Assembly: GCA_964347835.1 (NCBI GenBank)
Contig: CAYFZR010000082.1
Coordinates: 1 to 32,000, forward strand
Direction: 5' to 3'
Length of the DNA stretch: 32,000 bases
Source of the DNA: an uncultured archaeon
GTDB taxonomy: Archaea; CAYFZR01
A program made the translations under genes and the position numbers. Within the stretch, counting starts at the first letter, position 1; the number at the start of each line of letters is the position of its first letter. Positions 6,699-15,844 of the stretch are shown piece after piece. Under the pieces are notes generated by a model, which ran no database searches, had not been told where the DNA came from, and saw only the letters and a program-made list of their open reading frames with translations.

Positions 6699-7913
6699 AT
6701 GACAGAAGATGGCTGGAAGCAAATATCCATACTCCTAGGAATCTTACTAATCGCATCGATCATATTACATCTAATTCCTAAAATTCCAGAAAGTAAACAA
6801 CCTCAGGTTGTTACTCAACCCCCTCCAGACTACTACACTCAAGCACCGGGTATTGACCTATCAAACCTTGATGAGAGTAGAAGCACTCTGGCAATAAGTG
6901 TGATGAATGAGATTGAATGCACTTGCGGATGCGGTCTCAGCATAGCAAAATGTAGGAACGAAGATCCAAGTTGTGTTGTGAGTATCGGGATTGGAAATAA
7001 TGTAGTAAGGTTTGCTGAGAAAGGATACAGTGAGAATGAAACCAAATCTGCAATAGTCAGTGGAAAAGTCCCTGAGATTAATGTGAGCGTGGATGACGAC
7101 CCCTTTAAAGGCCCAGAAGATGCACCCGTTACCATAGTAGAGTTCTCCGATTATCAGTGTCCTTACTGCAAGATATTCTTCGATCAAACATTTAATCATA
7201 TTCTTACGCTGTACGAGGGTAATGTAAAGTTCGTATACCGAGATTTTCCCCTAGGCTTTCATCAGTATGCTCAAAAAGCCGCTGAAGCAGCTGAATGCGC
7301 CGATGATCAGGGAAAGTTCTGGGAGTATCACGATAAATTATTCCAAAACCAAGAAACTTGGTCTTCCTTAGGTATTTCAGAGTTCAAAAGATACGCCGAA
7401 GAGGTGGGATTGAATAATGACGAATTTAATCGTTGTTTGGATAATGAAGAAAAAACAAGAGAAGTAAAAAAAGATCTTCAGGATGGAAGGTCTTATGGCG
7501 TTACAGGAACTCCTACTTTCTATATAAATGGTCGAAAACTAAGCGGCGCGGCTTCTTTTTCAAATTTTGTAAGAATAATTGAAACTGAGTTAAAAGAGAG
7601 CAATTCCATCGAATACGAACTTCCTGATTATGCTTACAAGAGTCAAAAACATTTAGAAAGTTATTTGATAGCCAGAAAAATGCCGGAAGTCTTAGATAAT
7701 TTTCCTTGTTACTGTGGTTGCGATAATTTAGGTCACAAAAGTCTTAAAGAATGTTTTATTGAAGAAGACGGAAGTTTTGAAGTACATGGGGCTTATTGTC
7801 AAGCCTGCATGGACGAAAGTTTGGATGTAAATAAATGGTACGGAGAAGGTTTGTCTTTTATTGAGATTAAAAATAGAATAGACGATAAGTATGGATCAGA
7901 AAAGGCTAATTAA
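6699..7913 (+). CDS. membrane-anchored DsbA-family thiol:disulfide oxidoreductase fused to Cys-rich modules (incl. PCYCGC motif)
   Basis: From the N-terminus: a TM helix, a CTCGCGLSIAKC...C cluster, a DsbA/thioredoxin core (VEFSDYQCPYCKIFF ... GTPTFYINGRKL), then a C-terminal PCYCGCDNLGH...C...CQAC module. The ATG at 6699 is preferred over the track's TTG at 6690. Confidence 0.8.
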   Translation: MTEDGWKQISILLGILLIASIILHLIPKIPESKQPQVVTQPPPDYYTQAPGIDLSNLDESRSTLAISVMNEIECTCGCGLSIAKCRNEDPSCVVSIGIGNNVVRFAEKGYSENETKSAIVSGKVPEINVSVDDDPFKGPEDAPVTIVEFSDYQCPYCKIFFDQTFNHILTLYEGNVKFVYRDFPLGFHQYAQKAAEAAECADDQGKFWEYHDKLFQNQETWSSLGISEFKRYAEEVGLNNDEFNRCLDNEEKTREVKKDLQDGRSYGVTGTPTFYINGRKLSGAASFSNFVRIIETELKESNSIEYELPDYAYKSQKHLESYLIARKMPEVLDNFPCYCGCDNLGHKSLKECFIEEDGSFEVHGAYCQACMDESLDVNKWYGEGLSFIEIKNRIDDKYGSEKAN

Positions 7914-8824
7914 ATCCTTCTAGAAATGAAAAATCCGATTATTGCCAAGAAAATGATTAAAAAACCGAAATATACTGTTTGAACCCTTCTTCTCTCTCTC
8001 TGCTCCTCAATAAATTTTAATTCATTTTGAACATCTTCTAATTCCTTTTTTGATTTTAGTGCCAAATTAACGCTTTTTTCATAACTCCCATTAAAGTAAG
8101 CGATTTTCGCCTTCCTTGTAAGATTCTCAGCAGCATAAAATTTTTGTTCTAAGTATAGTACATTAGAAATCAAACATTCGTCTTTCTTTGCATTTTCTAT
8201 CGCCTTAAATGTTTCATTTATCGAATGAGAAGCATCTAATATGGCTTTTTGAGGATGGATAAAATTCACACTTGCATATGTAAAGCCCTGCCAGTCGATT
8301 ATGCAGCGACCAAAACGCTTTGATGTTTCTCCATCATTTTTGCTTACTACTTGATAGTACTTAGGAAGTACAACGTGTAGAATACCTGGGTGGATCAGTG
8401 GTTTCAAGACGCCTTTATCCGTTTTTATTCTAAACAAATCGCTTGAGAAGTTAAAATAATCATAACTTGGTTGAGAATATTTTAATTCAAAAAAACCTAC
8501 TGTTCCGGATACCCTTTCTTTATAAAGATAGTGATAGTAGGGTACCTTAATCCAACCATCCTCGGTGTATGAGTCTAAAATTTTGCTAAAATCACTCACA
8601 AATATATTATATACATCAGGATTGCTTTTTATCCATATCTCCTTTACCTCATAATCTTTTGTATCGTTCGTGTTTTTGTAATTGTAACCTACGCCAAAGT
8701 ACTCCTTTATCTTTGTCTCATTTTCGATTGACACACTAACTTTCCATCCCTCTCCCATATAGAACGGATTTCCAAGGGATGCAACTATCAAAAAGACGAC
8801 TGGTATCGAATTTAGAAATCTCAA
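7910..8824 (-). CDS. hypothetical exported protein with C-terminal membrane anchor
   Basis: Has an N-terminal signal-like helix and a C-terminal TM (VYFGFLIIFLAIIGFFI). It overlaps the truD stop by 4 nt. Confidence 0.55.
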   Translation of the reverse strand: MRFLNSIPVVFLIVASLGNPFYMGEGWKVSVSIENETKIKEYFGVGYNYKNTNDTKDYEVKEIWIKSNPDVYNIFVSDFSKILDSYTEDGWIKVPYYHYLYKERVSGTVGFFELKYSQPSYDYFNFSSDLFRIKTDKGVLKPLIHPGILHVVLPKYYQVVSKNDGETSKRFGRCIIDWQGFTYASVNFIHPQKAILDASHSINETFKAIENAKKDECLISNVLYLEQKFYAAENLTRKAKIAYFNGSYEKSVNLALKSKKELEDVQNELKFIEEQRERRRVQTVYFGFLIIFLAIIGFFISRRI

Positions 8825-10014
8825 CTTACCCTCTCCATCAGTTCCCTAAGAAAGGATGTAGCATACCCACCCTTAGAGAGATCAAATCTTATTTCTACTG
8901 TATTATTGTTTATTTCGTATTCAAAGCCTTTGATTTTTAAAATCAATTCTCTTCTCAAACCCGCTGAAGATAGTTCTGGCATACTCTTTATTAGGAAGTT
9001 TTCTCTTTTCAAACCCTCTTTTTCTATGATTTCTCTTTCTATCTCCCCCATTCTTCCACCTGCGAGTAAGACATCATATCCAAACAATATTCCGGTGGGT
9101 AAGTTATCTTTTAAGATGTCCCCTTCTACAAAGTCGACTATAGGTAATTTTTCATCCAATCTCCTACTTAAAATTAGATTGAAAAGATATGACTGGTAAG
9201 CATGAACAAAAAGCCTTAATAGAGGTCTTGGAAATTTTCTTAGAGCACCTATAAAGTCTCTTGGATGTTTGGAGAGGTGCTCTAAAAGGATTCTTTCGTA
9301 TCTTAGATGTTTTGGAAATATTTTTAGAGATTCTTTGAAGTCCTTGGTCTCATCGTACATCTTTCTGGCTTCTATGGCCACTTCTGATTCAGTATCGAAA
9401 GGGTATCCCAAGTACCAGTCTATAGCCGATGAAAAATTGCCCTTAACTATCATCTCTCCAACAATATGGGTACTGGGTCTCCTTGAGCCAAATCTTTGAA
9501 TACCAAAGAAGTTTGGTACTCCGCCAATTTCCTTAATTTTATCTTCAAAATGCTTTAGTTTTTCTTTAGGATCTTCAAAGCAATTTATGTTTATTTTAAA
9601 TCTGTTACCTGAAAGACTCCCAATTTTTATTGGCTCTTCGGTCTTCTGAGGATTTAATATCTCAGTATTGGGCGCCCTTAAACTCAATAAATCGGAAGGC
9701 TCAACTTCGTATGCTGTAACGAGTTGAAAGGTGACCGCTCTTTTATCTTTATTTCCAGCAAATCGAAACCTCTTCTTGCTTATTTTAAGTCTTTTAGATA
9801 TTTCCCTAATGGCTTGTTGAGTATCTATGTTTTCTTTTTTAAGTACAAAGGCAGTATATTCTCCTTGTCCTGAAAAGTCTAGTTCTATGACTGGTTTATC
9901 ATAAACCAACTCCATTACGACGAAGTCTGAGCACTTTTCTCTTATATTTCCTTTCAAATCGCACCCAATGAGATGATTCTTCATTCCTACAAATTCGTCG
10001 TACATAAGAATCAC
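8821..10014 (-). CDS. truD: tRNA pseudouridine synthase TruD/Pus7 family
   Basis: Contains the catalytic-Asp motif FRFAGNKDKRAVTFQ, plus NFFGIQRFG and an overall TruD-like sequence. The GTG start overlaps the pth2 stop (GTGA). Confidence 0.85.
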   Translation of the reverse strand: MILMYDEFVGMKNHLIGCDLKGNIREKCSDFVVMELVYDKPVIELDFSGQGEYTAFVLKKENIDTQQAIREISKRLKISKKRFRFAGNKDKRAVTFQLVTAYEVEPSDLLSLRAPNTEILNPQKTEEPIKIGSLSGNRFKININCFEDPKEKLKHFEDKIKEIGGVPNFFGIQRFGSRRPSTHIVGEMIVKGNFSSAIDWYLGYPFDTESEVAIEARKMYDETKDFKESLKIFPKHLRYERILLEHLSKHPRDFIGALRKFPRPLLRLFVHAYQSYLFNLILSRRLDEKLPIVDFVEGDILKDNLPTGILFGYDVLLAGGRMGEIEREIIEKEGLKRENFLIKSMPELSSAGLRRELILKIKGFEYEINNNTVEIRFDLSKGGYATSFLRELMERVS

Positions 10015-10367
10015 TTTAAGAGTGGTAGACTCCCGGTGATGGCATCTATCAACTTAGAGGGAGAAGGTCCTATTGCCAGGGTTGTAATAGTCCCTGGAGG
10101 TACTTCAGTTAATCCCGCGTCTTTAACTAGATAAGTAGGTAAAAATCTCTCATCGGATGTCTGTTTTATGCTCAAAATCTCCTCTATATCCTTGCAAGTT
10201 ACAACCACTTTTTTTTGACCTTCTTCGATCCATTTTTTAAAATAAGATGGAAATCTTTTTTGAGATATTAATGCGGCGCCCACGGACCCATGGGCAACTT
10301 GTACACAGAGTTTACCCTTGGAAAGTTCTAGATCCTCTCTCACCAAAATGATTTGTTTGACTTGCAT
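10011..10367 (-). CDS. pth2: peptidyl-tRNA hydrolase, archaeal PTH2 type
   Basis: 118 aa with KQIILVREDLELSKGKLCVQVAHGSVGA...DAGLTEVPPGTITTLAIGP, typical of PTH2. Confidence 0.9.
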   Translation of the reverse strand: MQVKQIILVREDLELSKGKLCVQVAHGSVGAALISQKRFPSYFKKWIEEGQKKVVVTCKDIEEILSIKQTSDERFLPTYLVKDAGLTEVPPGTITTLAIGPSPSKLIDAITGSLPLLK

Positions 10368-10651
10368 TAACGCCCCCTTCTTAATCGGTATGCTGCATAA
10401 GATAATAACGTAACAAAAATAAGAGAAACCCAGAGATTCGTCTCAGTAAGCCTTATTGTTTGTGCTAATATAAAACCGACGTATACAGAAATCACAATGC
10501 TAAGACCAAAACCTAAAACAATTCTTTCAATCTCTTGCAAGTCTTCTTTTCTGGGATAAATGGCAAAAGTAAATATATATCCTGGAACAAAGAATACGAA
10601 TACGAAACCAATAACTGCATGGATGATAGATATAATATCCAATGGCGCCAC
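10367..10651 (-). CDS. small polytopic membrane protein (3 TM)
   Basis: Three hydrophobic helices and a basic C-terminus. It overlaps the pth2 start by 1 nt (TAATG). Confidence 0.55.
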   Translation of the reverse strand: MAPLDIISIIHAVIGFVFVFFVPGYIFTFAIYPRKEDLQEIERIVLGFGLSIVISVYVGFILAQTIRLTETNLWVSLIFVTLLSYAAYRLRRGR

Positions 10652-10707
10652 CTTCGTGATATCATAATTTACACCAATAAAAAACTATCGAGTAGGGAGG
10701 AAATCTG

Positions 10708-12384
10708 GTGGAAGATAAGAAGAAGAAATTAGCATATCTAGCAGATATTTCGTCTCGCGATAGTAGAGAATTTTTGGATAAATTATTTGAGCCCGAACCC
10801 GTGGAGGGGGAGAAGGTCTTAAAGGAGGTTAAAGGCGAGGTTAAAGACGTAGAACTGTCATCCACGATGGAAAAATTGATCAAAAAGGTCCCTTCTCTCA
10901 ATCGAGTGATTGGGACTTTTGGAAAAACAAGAACGATCGACGCCTATGGTAGAGTTGAAATCATGGAGATTAAGGGAGAGACTGTTCCAGTCTACGTCGT
11001 TAACCTACCTCAGTTAGCCTCCAAAGAAAAAGAGTTGTTAGACGAGGTAAAAGAGATCGCGATTACTGAGATGGATATCGACCCTGATTCAATACCAGAC
11101 CCAGAAAAGCGACGTACTGTATTCATGGAAAAAGTAGATGAACTAATTAAGAGCAAAAATCCGTCTCTGCCCAGCGCAAGAAGAAAAATACTAGCAGAGA
11201 CAATAGTCTCCGACATGATTGGATATGGTATATTAGATTACTTAGTAATTGATGATGATCTTGAGGATATAATGGTAATCGGTACAAAAAAGCCTGTATA
11301 CGTTGTTCATAGAAAACACGAGGTCTGCAAGACCAATATTACAATGAACACAGACGAAGAAATAAAAGCCATTATAGATAAAATCGCTAGACCTGTAGGG
11401 AGAAGAATAGACCAACAAACACCATTGTTGGATGCAAGACTGCCAAATGGAAGTAGAGTACATGCAACAATACCCCCTGTTTCTTTGGATGGTTCTACCC
11501 TAACGATTTCAAAATTCAGGGAGGATCCACTGACCGTAATAGATTTAATGAATTTTAGAACCTTGACTCCTGAACTTGCTGCTTTCTTATGGATATGCGT
11601 AGAAGGTTTGGGCATTAAACCCGCTAACGTGATTTGTGCAGGGGGAAGTAGTTGTGGAAAAACTACTACTGTAAACGTCCTCGCTACCTTTGTTCCAGAT
11701 ACTGAAAGGTTATTATCTATTGAGGATACGGCTGAACTTAAACTTCCTCTAACACATTGGATAAGATTCGAGACAAGGCCTCCAAACATAGAGGGTCGCG
11801 GCGAGATAACCATGGACGACCTTGTAAAAAATACCCTCAGAATGAGACCCGATAGGATCATTGTAGGAGAAGTAAGAGGCACTGAGGCAAGAACATTGTT
11901 CACTGCAATGAATACAGGACACGATGGTTGTATGGGGACTATACACTCTAATACTTCTCAAGAGACAATTACTCGCTTAACGAACCCTCCAATGAATGTT
12001 CCGGAGATTATGGTACCGGCCTTAGATTTGATAATAATGCAAAAGAGGATACACCATAGGGAAAAAGGAGTCTTGAGAAGAATAACGGAAATTTCAGAAG
12101 TAGTGGGCATGGAAGGGGGAAAAATACAACTTAACAAGATATACGAATGGAGCCCATTGGATGATACCATAAAACCTACGGATGTGCCCTGCAGATTGAA
12201 AAGAGATATTGCAGAGTATTCTGGAATGAGTGGGGATGAAATTAATGTGGAAATCAAAAAGAGAGAAATAGTCTTGGAATGGATGCGAGAACAGGCTATG
12301 AGAGATGTAAATGCTGTTGGAAGAGAAGTACAGGCGTATTACCAAGATCCTGATAAATACTTGGAGAGAATATTAGGAAAATAA
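10708..12384 (+). CDS. type II/IV secretion system ATPase (archaeal FlaI/PilB-like pilus or archaellum assembly ATPase)
   Basis: Walker A is GGSSCGKTT. The Asp box/Walker B is PDRIIVGEVRGTEA and the His box is GHDGCMGTIHSN. The GTG start lies 7 nt after GGGAGG. Confidence 0.85.
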   Translation: MEDKKKKLAYLADISSRDSREFLDKLFEPEPVEGEKVLKEVKGEVKDVELSSTMEKLIKKVPSLNRVIGTFGKTRTIDAYGRVEIMEIKGETVPVYVVNLPQLASKEKELLDEVKEIAITEMDIDPDSIPDPEKRRTVFMEKVDELIKSKNPSLPSARRKILAETIVSDMIGYGILDYLVIDDDLEDIMVIGTKKPVYVVHRKHEVCKTNITMNTDEEIKAIIDKIARPVGRRIDQQTPLLDARLPNGSRVHATIPPVSLDGSTLTISKFREDPLTVIDLMNFRTLTPELAAFLWICVEGLGIKPANVICAGGSSCGKTTTVNVLATFVPDTERLLSIEDTAELKLPLTHWIRFETRPPNIEGRGEITMDDLVKNTLRMRPDRIIVGEVRGTEARTLFTAMNTGHDGCMGTIHSNTSQETITRLTNPPMNVPEIMVPALDLIIMQKRIHHREKGVLRRITEISEVVGMEGGKIQLNKIYEWSPLDDTIKPTDVPCRLKRDIAEYSGMSGDEINVEIKKREIVLEWMREQAMRDVNAVGREVQAYYQDPDKYLERILGK

Positions 12385-12567
12385 GGCGCAAATTTGAGTG
12401 ACGTTTATATTATATATCTAATACTCATATTTCATAAAAATTAGGAAAATAACGCGTTTTTATATCATAGTCAATGAGTTAAATTTAAATATGTTGGCAC
12501 ATCTCTGCCATTGTAAGAGACCCAGATAATGTAAAAGAAGGATGCTAAAAACAAGAGGGTTATAATC

Positions 12568-13110
12568 ATGTTATCATATTTCTGGCCCACACCTGATATG
12601 AATATATTCGTAGCGGTTTCCATAATGCTTGCTCTTGCGCCGATAAGCATGATGGTCTTCGCTATTATCAGAGGTTTCGAAGATACCATATTGTGCATGG
12701 AATGCCAGCAGTGTGTCGCAGGCTGTCCGGTAAAAAGGGCACTCGGAGAAGAGTACTATGGCCCAAAAAACCTTATGACTCTAGCAAGAGCCAATCATAA
12801 GATTAAAAGCGCTGAAGGTAGAATTTTTTCGTGTACTTCTTGTGTTAGATGTACCGAAACCTGTCCAAGAGCGCTTTATGTTAAGCACACTATGGATAAG
12901 TACAGGGGTGTTTTATTCAAAGAAAACTTGGGTGTGATGGACGGACATAAAAAACTCGTGGAGAACGTTAGAAAATACAGAAATGTTTTGGATCCGGACA
13001 GAAAGAAACCTCCTTTAGATTCTGTTGTGGAAAAAGTAAAAGAACAAGTTAGCAAACAAGAAATGGCCTTAGGATTAGTGGAGATTCCTGTCGTAGAAGA
13101 AGCAAAGTAG
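12568..13110 (+). CDS. HdrC-like 2x[4Fe-4S] protein with N-terminal transmembrane helix
   Basis: Two CxxCxxCxxxCP motifs (CMECQQCVAGCP and CTSCVRCTETCP) follow a hydrophobic N-terminus (IFVAVSIMLALAPISMMVFAII). Confidence 0.75.
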   Translation: MLSYFWPTPDMNIFVAVSIMLALAPISMMVFAIIRGFEDTILCMECQQCVAGCPVKRALGEEYYGPKNLMTLARANHKIKSAEGRIFSCTSCVRCTETCPRALYVKHTMDKYRGVLFKENLGVMDGHKKLVENVRKYRNVLDPDRKKPPLDSVVEKVKEQVSKQEMALGLVEIPVVEEAK

Positions 13111-13908
13111 GTGGGGCGATTGGCGACTTTGCAAAAAATCCCAGAAAAAGTAATTTTCTTTGAAGGTTGCGTGACCTCGAGAAGAATGCACCACCTACGT
13201 TTTGCAATTCGTTTTTTGCTGGAAAAATTTGGTATTGACTATATTACACTTGACCCAAAAGAGCAGTGTTGCGGATCTCCCATATTCAGAGCCGGGGCGG
13301 TAGATGTTGCCGAAAGACAATTGCTCTATAACCTTAGAGAAATTGAGCAGTCTGGTAGAAATGTCGTGGTATCTGCCTGCCCGGGATGCGGATCTACATT
13401 AAAATCGGATGAGGCTGAGAAGAGAGATATCGAAGTAGTACATATAATGGAGATATTCATGAAATTAGCGGAGGAAGGAAGACTCTTTAACAGCCCCGAT
13501 TTAAGAAATCTAGATGCTACTGTAACAGCCCATTTTCCATGTCATTTGATTAGAGGCATGGGTGTTGATTGTTTTAAAGGATTCAAAGAAATATTCGCCC
13601 AAATGCCCGGCGTAGAATACATTGAATTAGAGGAGGCAAATTCTTGCTGTGGCGCCGGAGGTGGAGTAAGGGCATCTCAGATCGAGTTGGCAAAAAAAAT
13701 CAGAGAAAGAAAGATCGATTTTATTAAAGAAACAGAGGCGCAAATTTGCGTGACGATCTGTCCTTTCTGCGAGATCCATATCGGAGAAGGTTTAAAGGAA
13801 GCCGAACTGCCTATAAGGATTATGTCCTTACCATTCCTTCTTGCTTTGCTCCACAGTGATTTTAGAACAAAGATAGATGAATTAGTGGAAAAAGAAAAGA
13901 GTGCGTGA
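13111..13908 (+). CDS. HdrB-like protein with two CCG domains
   Basis: Two C...CCG...CxxC units: EGC...QCCGSP...ACPGCG and FPCH...SCCGAGGG...ICPFCE. The GTG start immediately follows the upstream stop. Confidence 0.8.
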   Translation: MGRLATLQKIPEKVIFFEGCVTSRRMHHLRFAIRFLLEKFGIDYITLDPKEQCCGSPIFRAGAVDVAERQLLYNLREIEQSGRNVVVSACPGCGSTLKSDEAEKRDIEVVHIMEIFMKLAEEGRLFNSPDLRNLDATVTAHFPCHLIRGMGVDCFKGFKEIFAQMPGVEYIELEEANSCCGAGGGVRASQIELAKKIRERKIDFIKETEAQICVTICPFCEIHIGEGLKEAELPIRIMSLPFLLALLHSDFRTKIDELVEKEKSA

Positions 13909-13912
13909 TCGA

Positions 13913-14272
13913 ATGGAGTCATTGATATATATGTTATTTCTTGTGCTTTCATTGCCTTTTGCTTATTACTACATAAAAACAACTATATTTCCCAATCATG
14001 TTGGAAAAATAAAAAAATTCGAAGGCTACGGAAAAATGTCAGAATGCGAAGTAACCTGTAATACTTCAATCCGAGACATATCAGATGGTAAAATGTCAAT
14101 AAAAATATTGGTTGAACTTCCCGATGGAGAGGAAATAAGGTGTGAAATAAGCCCATGTAACGTATGTTTAGAGAAGTTGAAGCAAGGAGATACGGTAGGC
14201 GTTACAAAACTAGGATCAAGATATATCGCCCAGCCGCTATTATTTAAAAGGGGGTATAACGAGTGCCAGTAA
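13913..14272 (+). CDS. small single-TM protein with Cys-rich beta domain
   Basis: A TM helix (LIYMLFLVLSLPFAYYYI) is followed by CEVTC...CEISPCNVC. The alternative GTG start at 13901 overlaps the HdrB-like stop. The 3' end overlaps the next gene by 10 nt. Confidence 0.55.
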   Translation: MESLIYMLFLVLSLPFAYYYIKTTIFPNHVGKIKKFEGYGKMSECEVTCNTSIRDISDGKMSIKILVELPDGEEIRCEISPCNVCLEKLKQGDTVGVTKLGSRYIAQPLLFKRGYNECQ

Positions 14273-14940
14273 CAATAATAGGCTATATAGCATTGACATT
14301 GTTTTTTGGCATAATATTGGCATCCCTTATGGGAGTAATCCCACAGTCCAGATTACCGATTCAGTCTGCTCTGATTGTGGCAACACTCGTGATAGTATTA
14401 CTCGCCTTCGTTGGTAATTTTATAGGGTATACAGTCGAACTGATTTACCCCATCGATCTTCTGGGACAGATTATAATTCATCCTATTACGGCTTTAATGG
14501 CTGGCTTTTTTGTCGCGGGGGCGCTAGAGGCTTCTGGCGGATTCGAAGCAGCCGCTGATTTATTAGATAGAATGGCTAAGACAAAACTGGGACTTCCGGG
14601 AACCGCTTGCATACTGGCCAACATGCCTACCATAATTAGTATGCCATGCGGTAGGATATTGGGCGCGGCCTTGATGCCTGCAGCACTATACTTTGGATGG
14701 ATTTTGGCAGAGAAAACAGGTAAAAAGGAGTTAATCGGAGTGCTTGTATTTTCATTCATTGTTAACGCAGCAGCATCTTGCGGACCCTCTCCGCTCGGAG
14801 GTATTGGTATGATCGGAGAGGGTATGATAGCAATTCCTCTAACCTCTCTCCAAGATCCTCAACAGGCAGGAATAATGTTAGCAACAGGAACATGCGCATT
14901 GGTGATGAGATTCGTGACACCATTGCTACCCGCTGAATAG
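14263..14940 (+). CDS. polytopic membrane protein, paralog A (conserved MPCGR and ASCGPSPLGG motifs)
   Basis: Multi-TM ORF clearly paralogous to 14952-15680. Shared blocks are HPIxAxxAGFxxAGAL, MPCGRI(L/I)GAA and FIVNAAASCGPSPLGG(I/V)GxIGEG. The GTG start follows GGGGGT. Confidence 0.7.
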   Translation: MPVTIIGYIALTLFFGIILASLMGVIPQSRLPIQSALIVATLVIVLLAFVGNFIGYTVELIYPIDLLGQIIIHPITALMAGFFVAGALEASGGFEAAADLLDRMAKTKLGLPGTACILANMPTIISMPCGRILGAALMPAALYFGWILAEKTGKKELIGVLVFSFIVNAAASCGPSPLGGIGMIGEGMIAIPLTSLQDPQQAGIMLATGTCALVMRFVTPLLPAE

Positions 14941-14951
14941 GAGGGTGAAAT

Positions 14952-15680
14952 ATGGAAGAAAGATTAAAAATCGGATACATTTCATTTTTCTTCTTCATGA
15001 TAGTCTTAGCCGCTGCCATCATACTCTACAGTAAAATGGGGGTGAAAGTGCCTCCAATTCAGACGATTCTCATCTTCATAGCAATAGTAATAATGCTGAT
15101 AAGCAGAGCGAGAATAGAAGATCTTCTTGCAGGAGTAATCTTACATCCAATAATGGCAATGTCTGCTGGTTTCTTGATAGCAGGGGCTTTGGGACTCGCA
15201 GGAGGTTTTGATGCACTACTAGACTTATGCTGGAGGATTGCGGGGCTCGTGGACACCGTTTTTTCCCCATTACAAGGGCTTGGAATATCTCTCTTAGGAT
15301 TAGAGAAAGGTATATCCCTTGGATTGCCCTTCGTGGCCGTTATTATAGTTAACATACCCACCATCACTCCTATGCCCTGTGGAAGGATAATAGGCGCTGC
15401 AGTTATTCCTGGAGTATATTATTTTGCAGAAGCAGTAGCAGGAGCAACCGGAAACACTTTGGCATTACCGGTGTTGGTTGCAGCCTTTATTGTAAACGCT
15501 GCAGCATCTTGCGGACCCTCTCCGCTCGGAGGAGTAGGAGGTATAGGTGAGGGCAACCTGGGAGTAGAAATCGGCTCATCAGGACCATCACAAGAGACCG
15601 GTATAATTATTGCAACAGGGGTTACGGCTCTTGTTATAGCATTCGTGACGGGATATGCCCTGATTCCATATCTAAAATAG
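14952..15680 (+). CDS. polytopic membrane protein, paralog B (conserved MPCGR and ASCGPSPLGG motifs)
   Basis: Same motif set as paralog A, with a ~25-aa insertion after the first conserved block. GGAGGGTG lies upstream of the ATG. Confidence 0.7.
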   Translation: MEERLKIGYISFFFFMIVLAAAIILYSKMGVKVPPIQTILIFIAIVIMLISRARIEDLLAGVILHPIMAMSAGFLIAGALGLAGGFDALLDLCWRIAGLVDTVFSPLQGLGISLLGLEKGISLGLPFVAVIIVNIPTITPMPCGRIIGAAVIPGVYYFAEAVAGATGNTLALPVLVAAFIVNAAASCGPSPLGGVGGIGEGNLGVEIGSSGPSQETGIIIATGVTALVIAFVTGYALIPYLK

Positions 15681-15691
15681 GAGGTAATAAA

Positions 15692-15835
15692 ATGAATCTC
15701 CCTCTCTTAGCAACAATGGTTGGAGCAGGAACTCTGACAGGTATAATGATAAATATAGCGTTGGGCTACAGCCCATTAAATATCGGCGGAATACTAGGCG
15801 GCGCGGTAACTGGATTGCTAATGTTCATACTCTAG
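15692..15835 (+). CDS. 47-aa Gly-rich transmembrane peptide
   Basis: Translates to MNLPLLATMVGAGTLTGIMINIALGYSPLNIGGILGGAVTGLLMFIL. GGAGGT lies 5 nt upstream. It fits exactly into the 11/9-nt gaps of the operon and is below the ORF-track cutoff. Confidence 0.45.
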   Translation: MNLPLLATMVGAGTLTGIMINIALGYSPLNIGGILGGAVTGLLMFIL

Positions 15836-15844
15836 GGTGTTGCT

